A DNA stretch of 64,000 nucleotides from Phyllosticta citribraziliensis (lineage: Eukaryota), in contig NW_027117339.1 of NCBI RefSeq assembly GCF_038025025.1, positions 2,480,001 to 2,544,000 on the forward strand, written 5' to 3'. The notes under the pieces are model-generated. The model searched no databases. It was not told where the DNA came from and was given only the letters and a program-made list of their open reading frames with translations. Positions 1-11,223 of the stretch are shown piece by piece; position 1 is the stretch's first letter; each line of letters starts with the position of its first letter. The translations under genes were made by a program, and so were the position numbers.

Positions 1-415
1 CTTTGAAGGAATAGAGACCGGCACTCCCGCCGTTGTAGAACTCATCATTGGTTGCGCGAGTGTCTTGGACTAATTCGATGATTTTTGGCCGCCCCAACAC
101 ACGCGAAATTCCCCCGTTGTTGTACATTTCGCATACGTCGCGACTGGTTGATGAGCATAGCTCAATCTCAACATTGGCACCCCCTTCTTGTGCGCGCCCT
201 ATGAATGCGCGGAGTGAAGGCGTGCCACCGGCTCTGACTGCAGATATAATGGCGGTAAGAACTCCTAAGGGTGCCATGGAAAAGATGAAGATGTCGGTCA
301 AGGTCGTACTTTCGGATAGGAACTGCTTGGTTGGTTGCTCGCCGAAGAGCGAAATCAGTGGCGTAAGGTCTGTGGCGAGGTTGTTGGAGAAGTCATCCCA
401 TCCGCCAGCGACCAT
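1..415 (-). CDS. 5' part of a fungal membrane-type protein of the family usually annotated as ankyrin-repeat protein; runs off the window edge
   Basis: Not in the ORF track because it has no stop in the window. Manual translation from ATG 415 gives MVAGGWDDFSNNLATDLTPLISLFGEQPTKQFLSESTTLTDIFIFSMAPLGVLTAIISAVRAGGTPSLRAFIGRAQEGGANVEIELCSSTSRDVCEMYNNGGISRVLGRPKIIE. This matches the recurrent fungal N-terminal motif DDFSNNLxxDLxPLLxLFGE...MAPLG...ELxSSTSxxVCE. The ankyrin repeats themselves are not visible here. Confidence 0.75.
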   Translation of the reverse strand, partial: MVAGGWDDFSNNLATDLTPLISLFGEQPTKQFLSESTTLTDIFIFSMAPLGVLTAIISAVRAGGTPSLRAFIGRAQEGGANVEIELCSSTSRDVCEMYNNGGISRVLGRPKIIELVQDTRATNDEFYNGGSAGLYSFK

Positions 416-1297
416 GTTGTCTCGCGATCTGTGCCGTCGGTGGTGACGGCACTTCTCTTGCCATTGGCCAAACGAGGAGTGGCAAAGAGTTGAAGGGGTT
501 TGGAGGAGTCAAAACCAGGCTTCTCCGAAAATTGGGGTGACTTCCACTCTCTGCCCATGAGGCGCTTACGAGCGGTTATTCCACCACTCAACATCGTCGA
601 CCCCAAACCCACTTATTCTGTCGGTCATCTGAATCCAGCCATCCAATTGAAGCTGTGCAGCATTCTCAACAATCTCGACTTGACAAACCACCTCTCGAAC
701 CCGATCCCCTCGACTCGCACCCTGCTCCACCCACTGTTGAGCCGCAGAGCGAAAGCCACCAACCATAATCCAGGTCACCACTACTCCACTTCGATCCGAA
801 TGCCACTTGTGCCTGGAGACTGCCCGAGATTCGACGCCTGCCAACTATCAGCTTCATCAAGCAGGTATTCCGGGCCTCTTCCGACTTCATCAAGCCGTCG
901 CTTACCCCTGCACACATCTACCCCTGCCCCTGATAAAGCCTACTAATCGACCAGCGAATCAAACAACAAACAGTTGGAAGCCGATGCACCTCGAAGCCTC
1001 GCAAAACCAGTCCGGAGTTGGCCAATAGAGCTCATGGACGCCTGCCCCTGCACTCATCCAACCCTACCCCTGAATCAGCAAGCAAACAGCCAAGGGCGTC
1101 AGTTGAAATCCGACCCTACTCCCACCTCGCAAACTCGCGTCATCAACCGGCCAGTCAGCTTGCGAAGCCGCCTCCGTTCAATCGGCAGCCATCACCCGAC
1201 CCGCTCGAAAAAAGCAATGCCACCAAGCGGAATCGCTCGCGCGACGCCGGGCCAGACTGCGTTTCGGGCGGGATACTGCGCCAGACGACTCAAAAAT

Positions 1298-1312
1298 CCC
1301 CCCCCCCCCCCC
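1298..1312. repeat. poly-C tract (15 nt)
   Basis: Read directly from the sequence. Confidence 0.9.
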
Positions 1313-4300
1313 AAACCCGATTTTGTGCGCTGGCCAGAGCGCCTCAAAGGATCACCACCACCGACTTCCTGAACATTACGTGTACGACAGCAAGAGCTGC
1401 ACGCGCTCGGATGAGGGCCAGTGACGTCAGCGCGCAGAGAGGCGCATAGTGCACCTTGAACAACAGCCAAACAAGCACCGCCGGCAGCGCCGGGGCGCAA
1501 GTGTGTCCCTCGCAGCGGAAGCAACACGCAGGATCAAAGGCAAAAGCCGATGGAGGAGGAGCAAGACGAGGAGGCCCCAAAAAGCAACCAGCGCAGCGGC
1601 GTCGTCGCTCGTCGACGTCGACTCGACCGCCCATCGGAGCAGGCCGTCTGCCTGTCTCTCTACCCATCCACCCGGCCTGCCGTCCCCCCTCCAAGTCCGT
1701 CTAGACGGCTCCATCAACGACTTATACTCTGCGCGCCGGGCCAATCGCTGCGCGCACACGGGCTAAGAAGACGCCCTGCATACATCCATACATTTTTATA
1801 TCCTGTCTCGATGCATGCATGTGAGCGGAAGGAGCGTCTTGTCTGCAGGTGAGTGTTGAGCTTCTTTTTTTTCCAACTTTGCTTGCGCCCGGTGAATGTC
1901 ACCCACCACTGGACGCTGGCTGATGAAAGTCGCCGGTGGTGGGGTCTTTGTCGTGTGCATGGGAGGCGCGCGCATCGCATCGCATCGCGGCGCGGCGCAG
2001 CGGCACAGCGCATTGCGCATCTGCCTGGGTGAGATGGGTCAATAGGGTGCGGTGCCTGCTTACCTACTTGCCTACCTTGCTCCAATGCAGCAAGCCACAA
2101 GCCACGCCACAGTGGACACGACACGCCAGCAAGTCAGCCAGTCGCCAGCGCAGTCCAGCGCCGCGGCAAAAGACTGACTGGCCGAGGCCGTTGGTACCTG
2201 GGAGCAGGATACACGTACGCACGCCGTGGCGCAGTGCGAAAGACGGTGACTGACGGGCGAAGGCGCGGCAAAGCGCGAGAGAGCGAGTCGAACACAGCAA
2301 GAATGAGAAGAGAAAGGCCGTCGTGAGAGGAGGAGCGGCGAGAAAGAGGCGAAGCAATGGCCGAGCCGCCCGTTTCTCGACGTCAGAATCAGGTGAGACG
2401 GGGTCAACTAAGGTTATCTGCGATGCTAAAGCACTGACTTTGATTACCGCGTTGTTGGGCCCGTAGCCCGCTGCTTGCGCCGCAGTAGTTGAGCAAGTTG
2501 AGTGGTTGAAGGTTGAGTGCGAGGGGAAAGGAGCAATGAAAAGTTACCAGTCACCCAGTTGTGAGAGAAGACAAAGCTTGACGTGCAGCGGGTGAATGCT
2601 TGCTTGCTTGCGTCGTTTGTCCTCGCGCGCGCGACTCTTGCCCGTGAGCCGGCGAGCGCGGTGGAAGTTGGATGTCAGTAACGACGCGAGAAAAGCAAAA
2701 AATGGCGAGAAGGAAGAGGGAGAGAAAGAAAGAGCACCCATCCCTGTTCCACCACCATCGCATTGCTACTTCTGTCTACATCTCCACACCCCCATTCCCC
2801 CCCACTCACCCACTACCTTCTTCTCCGCCCGCGTCAAGTGGCTGTGGCTACTAGCCTCTATCCGAGCCGTGCGCGTGGTAGCTCATCCAGAGTGTCGGGC
2901 TTAATGACAAGGATTCTGGAGGGTTCATCCTTTCGCAGCGAGAGTTTATTGACCGGTCGACGAGAAAGGGTCCACCATCGGACGACAGACGGGGACGAAG
3001 ATGAGCACAATGCAAGCGCGGACGTTGAAGTGGAAGGCGAGACGGAGAAGATGAAAACCATGGGGGGGAGAGACGATAAAATGGGTGTCGGTCAGACAAT
3101 GGATGGAGTAAAGTTGCCTTCTCTGCCATTCCATGAGCCTCGACTCCTCGCTCCATCTCCACATCAATGCATAGGGAGTGAATCAAAGCCCAGAAATGAC
3201 GCGAGGAATACCAGACCAAAGCTGCATGTATCACGACGTAACAGTTGGCAGCAGCGCCGTGACGTCAAAGGCGCCAAAGTCCAATCTCTGTGCCATGGTC
3301 AGTGGTGTCAGGTTGTGCCACAACACTGCAGTCGGGTAGATACGAGGGAGGATGGGCGTCGTCGGCTGTGTAACGCAAAGGTTTGAGATGTGCAAATGGC
3401 ACTTCATGCAAGAAGGCGTGCGTGTTACGAACGGCTCCGATGAAATGTGGCGGTTGCTGTGTTGTGCTACGCCAGGAATCATGGGCTGGAGTGAATGAGT
3501 GACCAAGCAAGTCACCGCAGTGCAGGGAAAAGAGAAGGAAAAGGTCTAGGATTTATTGAACAGACACCTAGATTGAAAGCAGATAGACGGACGCCAATTA
3601 TCCCCTTTGGTTGCGTTTCGCTTGCTTTTGAGTAGTGGTGCGCGCGTGGTGCATCATGTCGCTTCGATTGGTTTTGAACCTGGCAGCCAGCCCAGCCCGG
3701 CTGTGTAAAGTGCAGCGAGATTTCGAAACCAGCAAACAAAGAAAAAGCCGCCGCCGTACGCCATCGAACTCCTTCCCGTCCCGTGTCACTCGCTCTGGTC
3801 CTCCCAATTAGGTGTTGGCCCAAAGCCCAAATGTGGAATTTGCGTTGCAAGGCGTTGCGCCACTGGCAACAGCGAAAGCGGCTGCGCCAGCCGAGGTGGA
3901 AAAGAGAAGAGAGAAAAAGAAAAGAAGAGCAAGAAAGAAATGAAAAGCAAACTACTCGTACATGCGTACCCAGTAGTTTTGCGCAGTGTACATGGATCAG
4001 GCGACGCAGCAGAGTGCCAACCCAAGTACTCGTAGACGTCGTAAGCAAACAGATGTTTGAGGAACAAGAGAAATACAAACGGACAAGGGAAACAAGCGAG
4101 CAGAGTGCCACGCGGGTCAAACACACTCCATGCGCCCCGGAGCAAAGAGGACGCCGCTCGCCCGCGCTCGCCCTGACCATCGAAAGAGCAGCCGACAATC
4201 AACGCCAGCAAGACCAAGATGATGAAGCGATCGATCCACCGCCTGGTAGGACGCGTCATCGCACAACTCCTTTCCTGCGCTGCAGTTCCAAACGCTGAAG

Positions 4301-4672
4301 CGGTGAGAGCGAACGAAAAACTTGCTGTGGAGCACGACGCGTAAGAGTGTGGCGGGCACACAGCCATGCAGGCAGCCAGGTGGTGTGTTGGCAGGCAGAC
4401 AGACGAGTGTTTGCCATTGCACTCGCTGCGTCCCAACAACCCAGCCAACTGCTTACCCTCAGCGGTGTGGGGTGGCGTCTCGGCGTGTCGAGGATTATGG
4501 GTTGACAATGGTACAAGCCACACCCGCGACTGGAGAAAGGAAAAAAGTCGGCAAATACAGACGTGACAACAGAAACAGTAGGGAAAATCCATGCAGCTGA
4601 AAGCTGCATAGCTGTGAAAGAAAAAGATGAAAAGGGCGCAGACTCAACTTGACGCCCCAGTCGCGTGGTCGA

Positions 4673-6556
4673 TCAGACAGCAAAGTAGCCCGTAAAGTCT
4701 CCCGTCGGATAGGCTTGCTGCTGTTGGAGAAAAGGCTGTTGTTGCGAATGGCTGGGGAAGTGCATTTGATGCTGAAGGTGGGAGTTGTCGGCGGTGGTCA
4801 TGTCCAGGGGAAAGGGTGTGGTTTCGGCAGACGAAACATCGGCAGACATGGGGGCAAAGGCGTCGAGGACGTTGTAGTCGGTGACGACAGGGCCGCCAAG
4901 ATGCATGGATGCAGTCGAGGGGTCGAAGGCGGTGGTGGCATTGTAGGCGGAGTGGTGGGGATGCGACAAGCTGCCGTGGGGAGCGGTGTACGAGACGTGG
5001 TCCAAGCTGCTGAGCGACGTTTGAGGCACTTGGTATGTCGGACTAGTGCTGCTCTCCATGGCCGACGCTGGTACTCCGTCGCGGTTGACGCCGTATTCGT
5101 GGGCCCGTCTCACTGGCTCGTCGTCGTCACCTTCCATGTCGCCGCCCATGGCTTCGGCGCCCACTCCAACCGCGTTCTCGGGAACGTACTCTTCGACCTC
5201 CTTCATCCAAAACTGCTTGAGCACGTCCATCGGAGGGTGGTCGCCGCCGCCTTTGCCGCCTCGCCGCTCGTCGCCCTTGGCCTTGCGCCCGCGTTTCCTC
5301 GGGTTAAAGTGTGCGCGTCGCAAGTGTGCTGCCGCGTTGTAATAGGCGCCGTACTTTTTGCCGTTGCGACATGCTTTGCAATGTGCAAGGAACTGCTTGT
5401 TTGGACTAGCGTCCACCGTCACCCACACCTTGCGTATCGCCGCGTGAACGCGCTCCGTGTGCCGACGCAACTCGTGTTCGCCGCGAAAACCCTCGGGATG
5501 CTCGTTGCACTTAGCGCACATGATTTTGGGGTGCACTGGTCGAATGTAGGGTGCCTTCGAAATGGCCGCGACCGACTTGATGCCGGTGCCGTCCCTGGCA
5601 GGGATGTTGATGACCGACGCCGAAGACTGACCTTCTGCGACGGACTCGGACGCCTTGGGCGCGAGCGGGCGAGCGCTCGAGGGAGCTTGATCGAGCAGAC
5701 GCTGCTTTCCCTGGGAGTGGCTCGACGAGGCGGAACGATTGCTTTCCGTCGACCTCGACCGAGCCATGGTGGTGATCTGGCTCGCAGTGACGAAGCGACA
5801 AGGTTGAGATGGTGCAGCAGAAACGCTAGCAACAGTAGAAGAAGAAATAGGAAAATGCGCTGATGGCGGAGACACATCAGCGCAGGAAGAAGGAAACAGC
5901 GAAAAGTCACCTTCGACGGACTTGTCCAACGAAGGTGATTGCGAGAAGAATGGGTCGTGGGGGAAAACAGAATCTGAAACGTTGGAAAAGTTGGATTGCA
6001 CTCGCATCATTTCCAACTGGTTGGCAAAGTAGGTGCTCGAGCTACTTTGTCTACTCATCTTGTCGCTGGCGGCCGTGGATGCTGCAGTCAGCTCACCGAC
6101 AGAAGTGCTCGGCGATATGGAGCCGTCCGGGCTGTCGAAAGGCCGCTGAAAGTGGTAGTCGGATTGAAATGGGTTTTGGGGTTTGCCGAACCTGGCGGGG
6201 AGGCTCGTCGAGTGAAAGGTTGCTATGTATTCGGACGGGTCGTAGACGCTGACCTCGTCAAGACGAGGCATGGGCTGATGGACAGACCTGGCTCGGGCGA
6301 GGGAGGGCTTCTGGTCGGCCACGTAGGGTTGAGCGCAGTGGAATGAGGCAGGAGCAGAGTGAATTGACGGAGCCCCGTCCCGGATCATGGGCACGGGGAT
6401 ATCAAGGGCCTGAGCAGCATGGTTAGAGACGGGGGGGGCATGGAGGACCAAAAGTCAAGACCGTACAGGCGTAGTGGAGTTGGCCGGGTAGCAGGCGGTG
6501 TCCCAGATGGAGGACCTGGAGAAGAGCGGGTCTGCGGGGGAGAGGGGGCCGGCCAT
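4673..6556 (-). CDS. putative Zn-binding transcription factor, key-lime-pathogenicity (KLAP1)-like
   Basis: The 592-aa ORF contains CAKCNEHPEGFRGEHELRRHTERVH...CKACRNGKKYGAYYNAAAHLRRAHF. Probable exon 1 is 6556-6467 (MAGPLSPADPLF...STTP). The intron 6466-6410 (GTACGG...CTAAC...CTCAG) joins in frame to exon 2, 6409-4673. Confidence 0.75.
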
Positions 6557-8979
6557 TGATGGGGTCTGGTGGGTGGTGATGGACGACGAGGTGTGAGTGA
6601 ATGGACGAGCGAGTGGAGAGGGTGGAGGGCAGGGCTGGCCTTTTGATGGGTGGTGGATTGCTTCCATCACCTATGGTCAAGGCGTGTGCTGGCCGACCAG
6701 GGGGCCCCTGTCGCCGTCGTCAGCGACGGCAGTTGCAGGGAAGAGTGGAGCTGACTGTTCAGTTTCGTCCAACGCCCGCACCGACCCTCGAGGCCATTCG
6801 CCGCCTCATCATCACGACTCGACTCAACCACCTCCAGCTCCACTCGACGGGATCCCTCTCTCTTGCTTTTGCGACCACCCACTGCCACTGCCGTGCAACC
6901 ACACTAGCCCGTCCACGCCATGTCCATGTCGCCCACAGCACTGCGCCCGCTTCATCAACACGACGAAACGCTTGAGCCTCAGCGCCATGTTTTGGTCCCC
7001 CTCGCTCTCCTCCACACAAGTCCATGGCGTCGCGGATCCTCGGACATTGCGCTCGACCCGTCAGTCAACTGTCAAGTCAACTGTCACCTCGTCCCTACCG
7101 TCACGTGTGCCCCATGGCTAACCCCTTCGAGCTCCTCTTGCTTGGCCGCCATCCATCTCATTCTTGCTCGGCCAAGCAAGACGTCTCAGGAAGCTTGGGC
7201 CACGCCTCTCCCGGATCACTCTGCTCAATGACCTCACTCACGCCCGCCGAAATTGCTGCTCGTGCGCCGTTACCCTCGAGGGCACGCCCAGCTTGCCCCG
7301 GTGCTCCACTTCGACTCTGGACCACTTGTGCCGACGGCGAGCACAGCAAACCCCCCACTCGTCATAGTTTACCGCCAGACAAACACGCCGACGACATGAC
7401 AGCACTGACATGACGGCCAATTTTCTTTGCATCATCAAGGCAAACACCCATTGTTGCAGATTGTCCAGGACTAATCCCGTGAGATGAAGGTCTAGCCTCC
7501 GTTTTCCCCATGGCCGTGTAGAAGGAAATTATTTAGAAATGCTGTACGTCTCATGACACAATCTCAGGCACAAAGGCCCTCAGACCGCTAGTCCCCTTTT
7601 CGATGATTTGGAACTAATATTTCATCCTCACAACAACAGTTTCGCCAAACTCGGCCACGAGACACGGATGCCCTGTCAAAATACAAACACCGAGGGCTAA
7701 TATCCTCTCACTGTGGAAACTCGGACGTTGACTGTCATGTCGTCTTGGGCAAATATTGTTCTCACTTGCAAAGGGCGCCAATCGGTCCACTCTGTTCCGT
7801 TCAACATCCACTCGTCGAGTTTCCAGCTTCAACCCCTTTGCCAGTCAAGCACGCACATTGATTGTCAATGTGACGATGTGGTCAGCTGGTCGGTCCGGGC
7901 CGTCGCCAGCGACAAATCTCGCTGTAATGTGGCGACGGATACGCACGCGAGACTACAGTAGCACCATCGGCCTGCACTCTTCCTAACCCAGAAGTCTTTC
8001 GACCGCAAGAGCGCAATTTGGGCTATCTCTTGTATCATCCTAGAGCTCGTTTTCGCAGAGAGCGTTTTCGTGTCTCGCGTCGCGCATTCGTCGCGTGCCA
8101 AAACGGAGTCAGTGCAGCAGAAGAGGCCAAAAAGACTGTCAACACCGTCAAAAGGGCTAGCTCCCTGCCTAATCGTCTCTCTCAACGGCCGGCTATTTCT
8201 GCCGCCGCAACTCCCGCTTCATTATCCCTGCGAGATGCGTACCCTTCATTGTTTGGGCCTGGCCTGGGGACGCTGTTGCCTGTGGGAGCCACTGTTCCAG
8301 AAAACCTTCGAGAGCCTCCACCTGTTACAGACCAGTGTGTCGAATTTTTCTCGGCAGGCAACCGGCCCGGCCCGCTCCAATTGACAGTGACGCGCCGGCG
8401 TCCATGTTGGCTAGGCTCGGTATCTCAGGATTCTGCCAGAGACTGGGATGCCATGAGTTTTGAGCGGTCCCCGTCACCAGCGCCGGCGACCCTCGGCCAA
8501 TGGACGGGACATGAACATGTTTTCCTTTGGTGTTGATCGACGCGGTGTGGGTGAAAACACCATCATCACAGCCACCACTGCCTGCCACGCAGTTATGATA
8601 TCCACTACCTCCGGTTGCGTTGTCCCTTTGGCCTCGTCAGCCAGCAATGTCATGGGGTCGCTTCTCTAACAATCATCGCGTCGGTGAAAACCTCTGCTTT
8701 CGCGCCGACGTCGCGAAGAAGCGCCCTCGACCGCGGTATCCCTCTGCCCCAAATCTTATAGGACCGTTTCACGTTCCGGCAACAAACACGCACCACGAGG
8801 CCGGAAGAACGGACTCCGCGAGCAGTGGGTACTTTCTCAATTGTGCTTCAGAGTCTCAGAAATGCGCTTTTTCTTCTAAACCAATGGTATCATGGACATT
8901 CGCCTCAACGCCTCGTTCCGACCGTACATCCGCAACCTGCAGTTGCCTACTCGAGAGGGTAAGAGTCCTGCGCGCTCCC

Positions 8980-11223
8980 TTACAACATGCCGCCCGCACT
9001 CATGACAAGTCTTCGCAACCTGGTTCGCTGCCCCTCGGACGGACGCGACTTGTGTTTCTTTTCCGCCGAACCCGAAGTGTTAATACTCTTGCCCCTCAGG
9101 CTAGGGCTTCTCCTCAAACTAATGCGGCTTGACCTCTTACTTGACGACGCGTCCTCGTCACGCAGCTCGACCTCCACGGCGCCCATGCCACCGCTCACGA
9201 CGCTTAGACGATTGTGCGCGAGCGAGCTCGTCGTGGTTCCAGTCGAGTACCTGTCTGACGTAGACTTGTCCACATCCCCTTCTTTTCCGGCCTCTGCTGG
9301 GGCGCCATGCCATTCAGACCCCATGCTGCTGCGGTTGGACTTGCTCACGGAGCCTTCGTCGTCTGAAGCCCCGAGCCAAAAGGAATCGATCGTGTCCTTT
9401 TCGCACTCGGTGGTCGGAATCCAATCTTGGAAGTACTGGGCCAAATCATCGAGGGCACACTCGTCACTTGCTCGCCGCTCAAACGTAGCTTTCGGGTCGA
9501 GGCTGTCGAGGGCGTCTTGAAAAGCGTCGAGTGACGCGATTCCAACAGGCTTGCTAGGGGCCCTGGGCCAGAGCCCGTCTACCTCGCTCTTGGCGGCGGC
9601 TTCCAGATCATCGGCATTCGCCGTTGCTTTTCTCTGGAACTTGTTGAGACGAATGGGCCCTGCCACGTACACGGTCCGCTGCCAGGCCGTTTGCTCCGGC
9701 GGAATGACTGTGACGACAGAACCACTCCTCAGCCGAATTGAGGTCGCCGACACGCTACTCGAGCGCGATGATTGCGCTGCTCGCCTTCGGGCCTTGTTGA
9801 GCGATGAATGCGAGGCTTGAGCCCGAGGGGCTGGAGTGCGGTGGTTTTGAGCTCGTGGTGTGGTGGGTGACAATTCGTCAAAGTCGGCAATGAACGACAA
9901 CGCGCCCAAATCCAGGGCTATCGGTGTTATCGGAAAGTCGGAGATTCTTGCGGCCATCGAAGGGGCTGGATCGCTCAGCGTCTCCAAACTGGGCCTCCAT
10001 GGCTCGCTTGAGGCCGACGGTGCTCTTCTTCCGGGCGTAACAGCAGCCTTTGGGCTCGGGTTCTCGCTCCCATCGCCCCGACTTGGTGCGTAGTACTCTC
10101 GCGGAGTCGGCATCATACTCGATGGCCTTGCCGGAAGCCGCCTATCTTTGAAGGCAGCAACATCTCTAGGTGGGCTGCTCGTCTGCAGCGCCTCCATTTG
10201 CTTGCTCTCCAGCATCTTCTTTACTCGTGCTCGCTCTCCAAAACCAGCACTAGGCTTCCTCATAGACGTGCTGGACGAGTACACGCACTGCCTTCCCTCC
10301 GCAGCTCTGCTCGCCTTGTTTCTCTTCCTCGTGTCCACCACTCTGACTCCTCCACTCGCCCGAGCGCTTATGGCTCTCTTCGGGGCCTCGATGATGACGC
10401 TACCGAGACCTTCGAGGCGCAGGAAACGTGCCGGTGCAGAATCTGTCCGGTACAGGTAAGATGGTCGGCGACGCTCGACTGGCCTGGATCTTCCTCTCTC
10501 GCTCTCTATGCTCTCCGAGCTGCTTCTCGTCCTGCCGCCTGCTCTCCTGCGTCTTTCGGCGAGGGCAACTCCTCCTTCACCACGAACAAAGGTTGCGCTG
10601 CGAGGCGAGCGCCGTAGTTGCTGATGTGGCCAGTGGCCGGAGCTCAGAGTCGTCGTTCCTTCCCTTTCCTCTTCAAAGTCGTCTTCGCGCTCGCTATCGC
10701 TATGACTGCTGCCCCCTTCTGCGTCTTCGTATTGGTCACTCTCGCTTTCCTCGCTGTCACTCACCAAAAACGCGCCAGGAGTGACTGGAGTATTTGGTGG
10801 ATTACCGGCGGTCTGAGCCAATACTGCCAAGGCTGCTTGGTCGAACAGCGGCAGGGGAAGAGGAAGACCGGCAGAGACGGGTGGAGTTGGAGGCGGCGAG
10901 TGTGCGGGTTGAGAACCAGAGTGATGAGTCGAGGGAGGCGGCGGTTGTAAATGAACCGTCACAGGTGGAGTAGAGGTGGCGGTGGATGTGGGCGTGGTTG
11001 AGGGAGCGTTCAGGGGAGGACTGACGCTGGAAGATCTCGAAGGTAAGTCTGATCCAAGGCCCTGTTGGTTTGGATGTTGTTGGTCTTGGCGGTGTTGCTG
11101 GTGATGTTGCGAATGTGGTAGGTTTTGGTGTGGCCATGAGACTGAGTTGGCGGGCGAAGCGTGCCGCACAGGTGAGTCGCGTTGTGGAGAAGGCGACAGT
11201 CTTTTGTGTGTTGAATGTTCCAT
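8980..11223 (-). CDS. hypothetical protein, Ser/Pro/Arg-rich and largely disordered
   Basis: 747-aa single ORF with an ATG start. One short ordered-looking block, IRLRSGSVVTVIPPEQTAWQRTVYVAGPIRL. No family recognised. Confidence 0.75.
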   Translation of the reverse strand: MEHSTHKRLSPSPQRDSPVRHASPANSVSWPHQNLPHSQHHQQHRQDQQHPNQQGLGSDLPSRSSSVSPPLNAPSTTPTSTATSTPPVTVHLQPPPPSTHHSGSQPAHSPPPTPPVSAGLPLPLPLFDQAALAVLAQTAGNPPNTPVTPGAFLVSDSEESESDQYEDAEGGSSHSDSEREDDFEEEREGTTTLSSGHWPHQQLRRSPRSATFVRGEGGVALAERRRRAGGRTRSSSESIESERGRSRPVERRRPSYLYRTDSAPARFLRLEGLGSVIIEAPKRAISARASGGVRVVDTRKRNKASRAAEGRQCVYSSSTSMRKPSAGFGERARVKKMLESKQMEALQTSSPPRDVAAFKDRRLPARPSSMMPTPREYYAPSRGDGSENPSPKAAVTPGRRAPSASSEPWRPSLETLSDPAPSMAARISDFPITPIALDLGALSFIADFDELSPTTPRAQNHRTPAPRAQASHSSLNKARRRAAQSSRSSSVSATSIRLRSGSVVTVIPPEQTAWQRTVYVAGPIRLNKFQRKATANADDLEAAAKSEVDGLWPRAPSKPVGIASLDAFQDALDSLDPKATFERRASDECALDDLAQYFQDWIPTTECEKDTIDSFWLGASDDEGSVSKSNRSSMGSEWHGAPAEAGKEGDVDKSTSDRYSTGTTTSSLAHNRLSVVSGGMGAVEVELRDEDASSSKRSSRISLRRSPSLRGKSINTSGSAEKKHKSRPSEGQRTRLRRLVMSAGGML

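Noticed and set aside
4649..5863. 404-aa ORF on the + strand
   Set aside because: Antisense to the KLAP1-like gene, with no independent evidence.
8018..8536. 172-aa ORF between the KLAP1-like and 747-aa genes
   Set aside because: TTG start, no codon bias or motif, and no supporting splice structure found.
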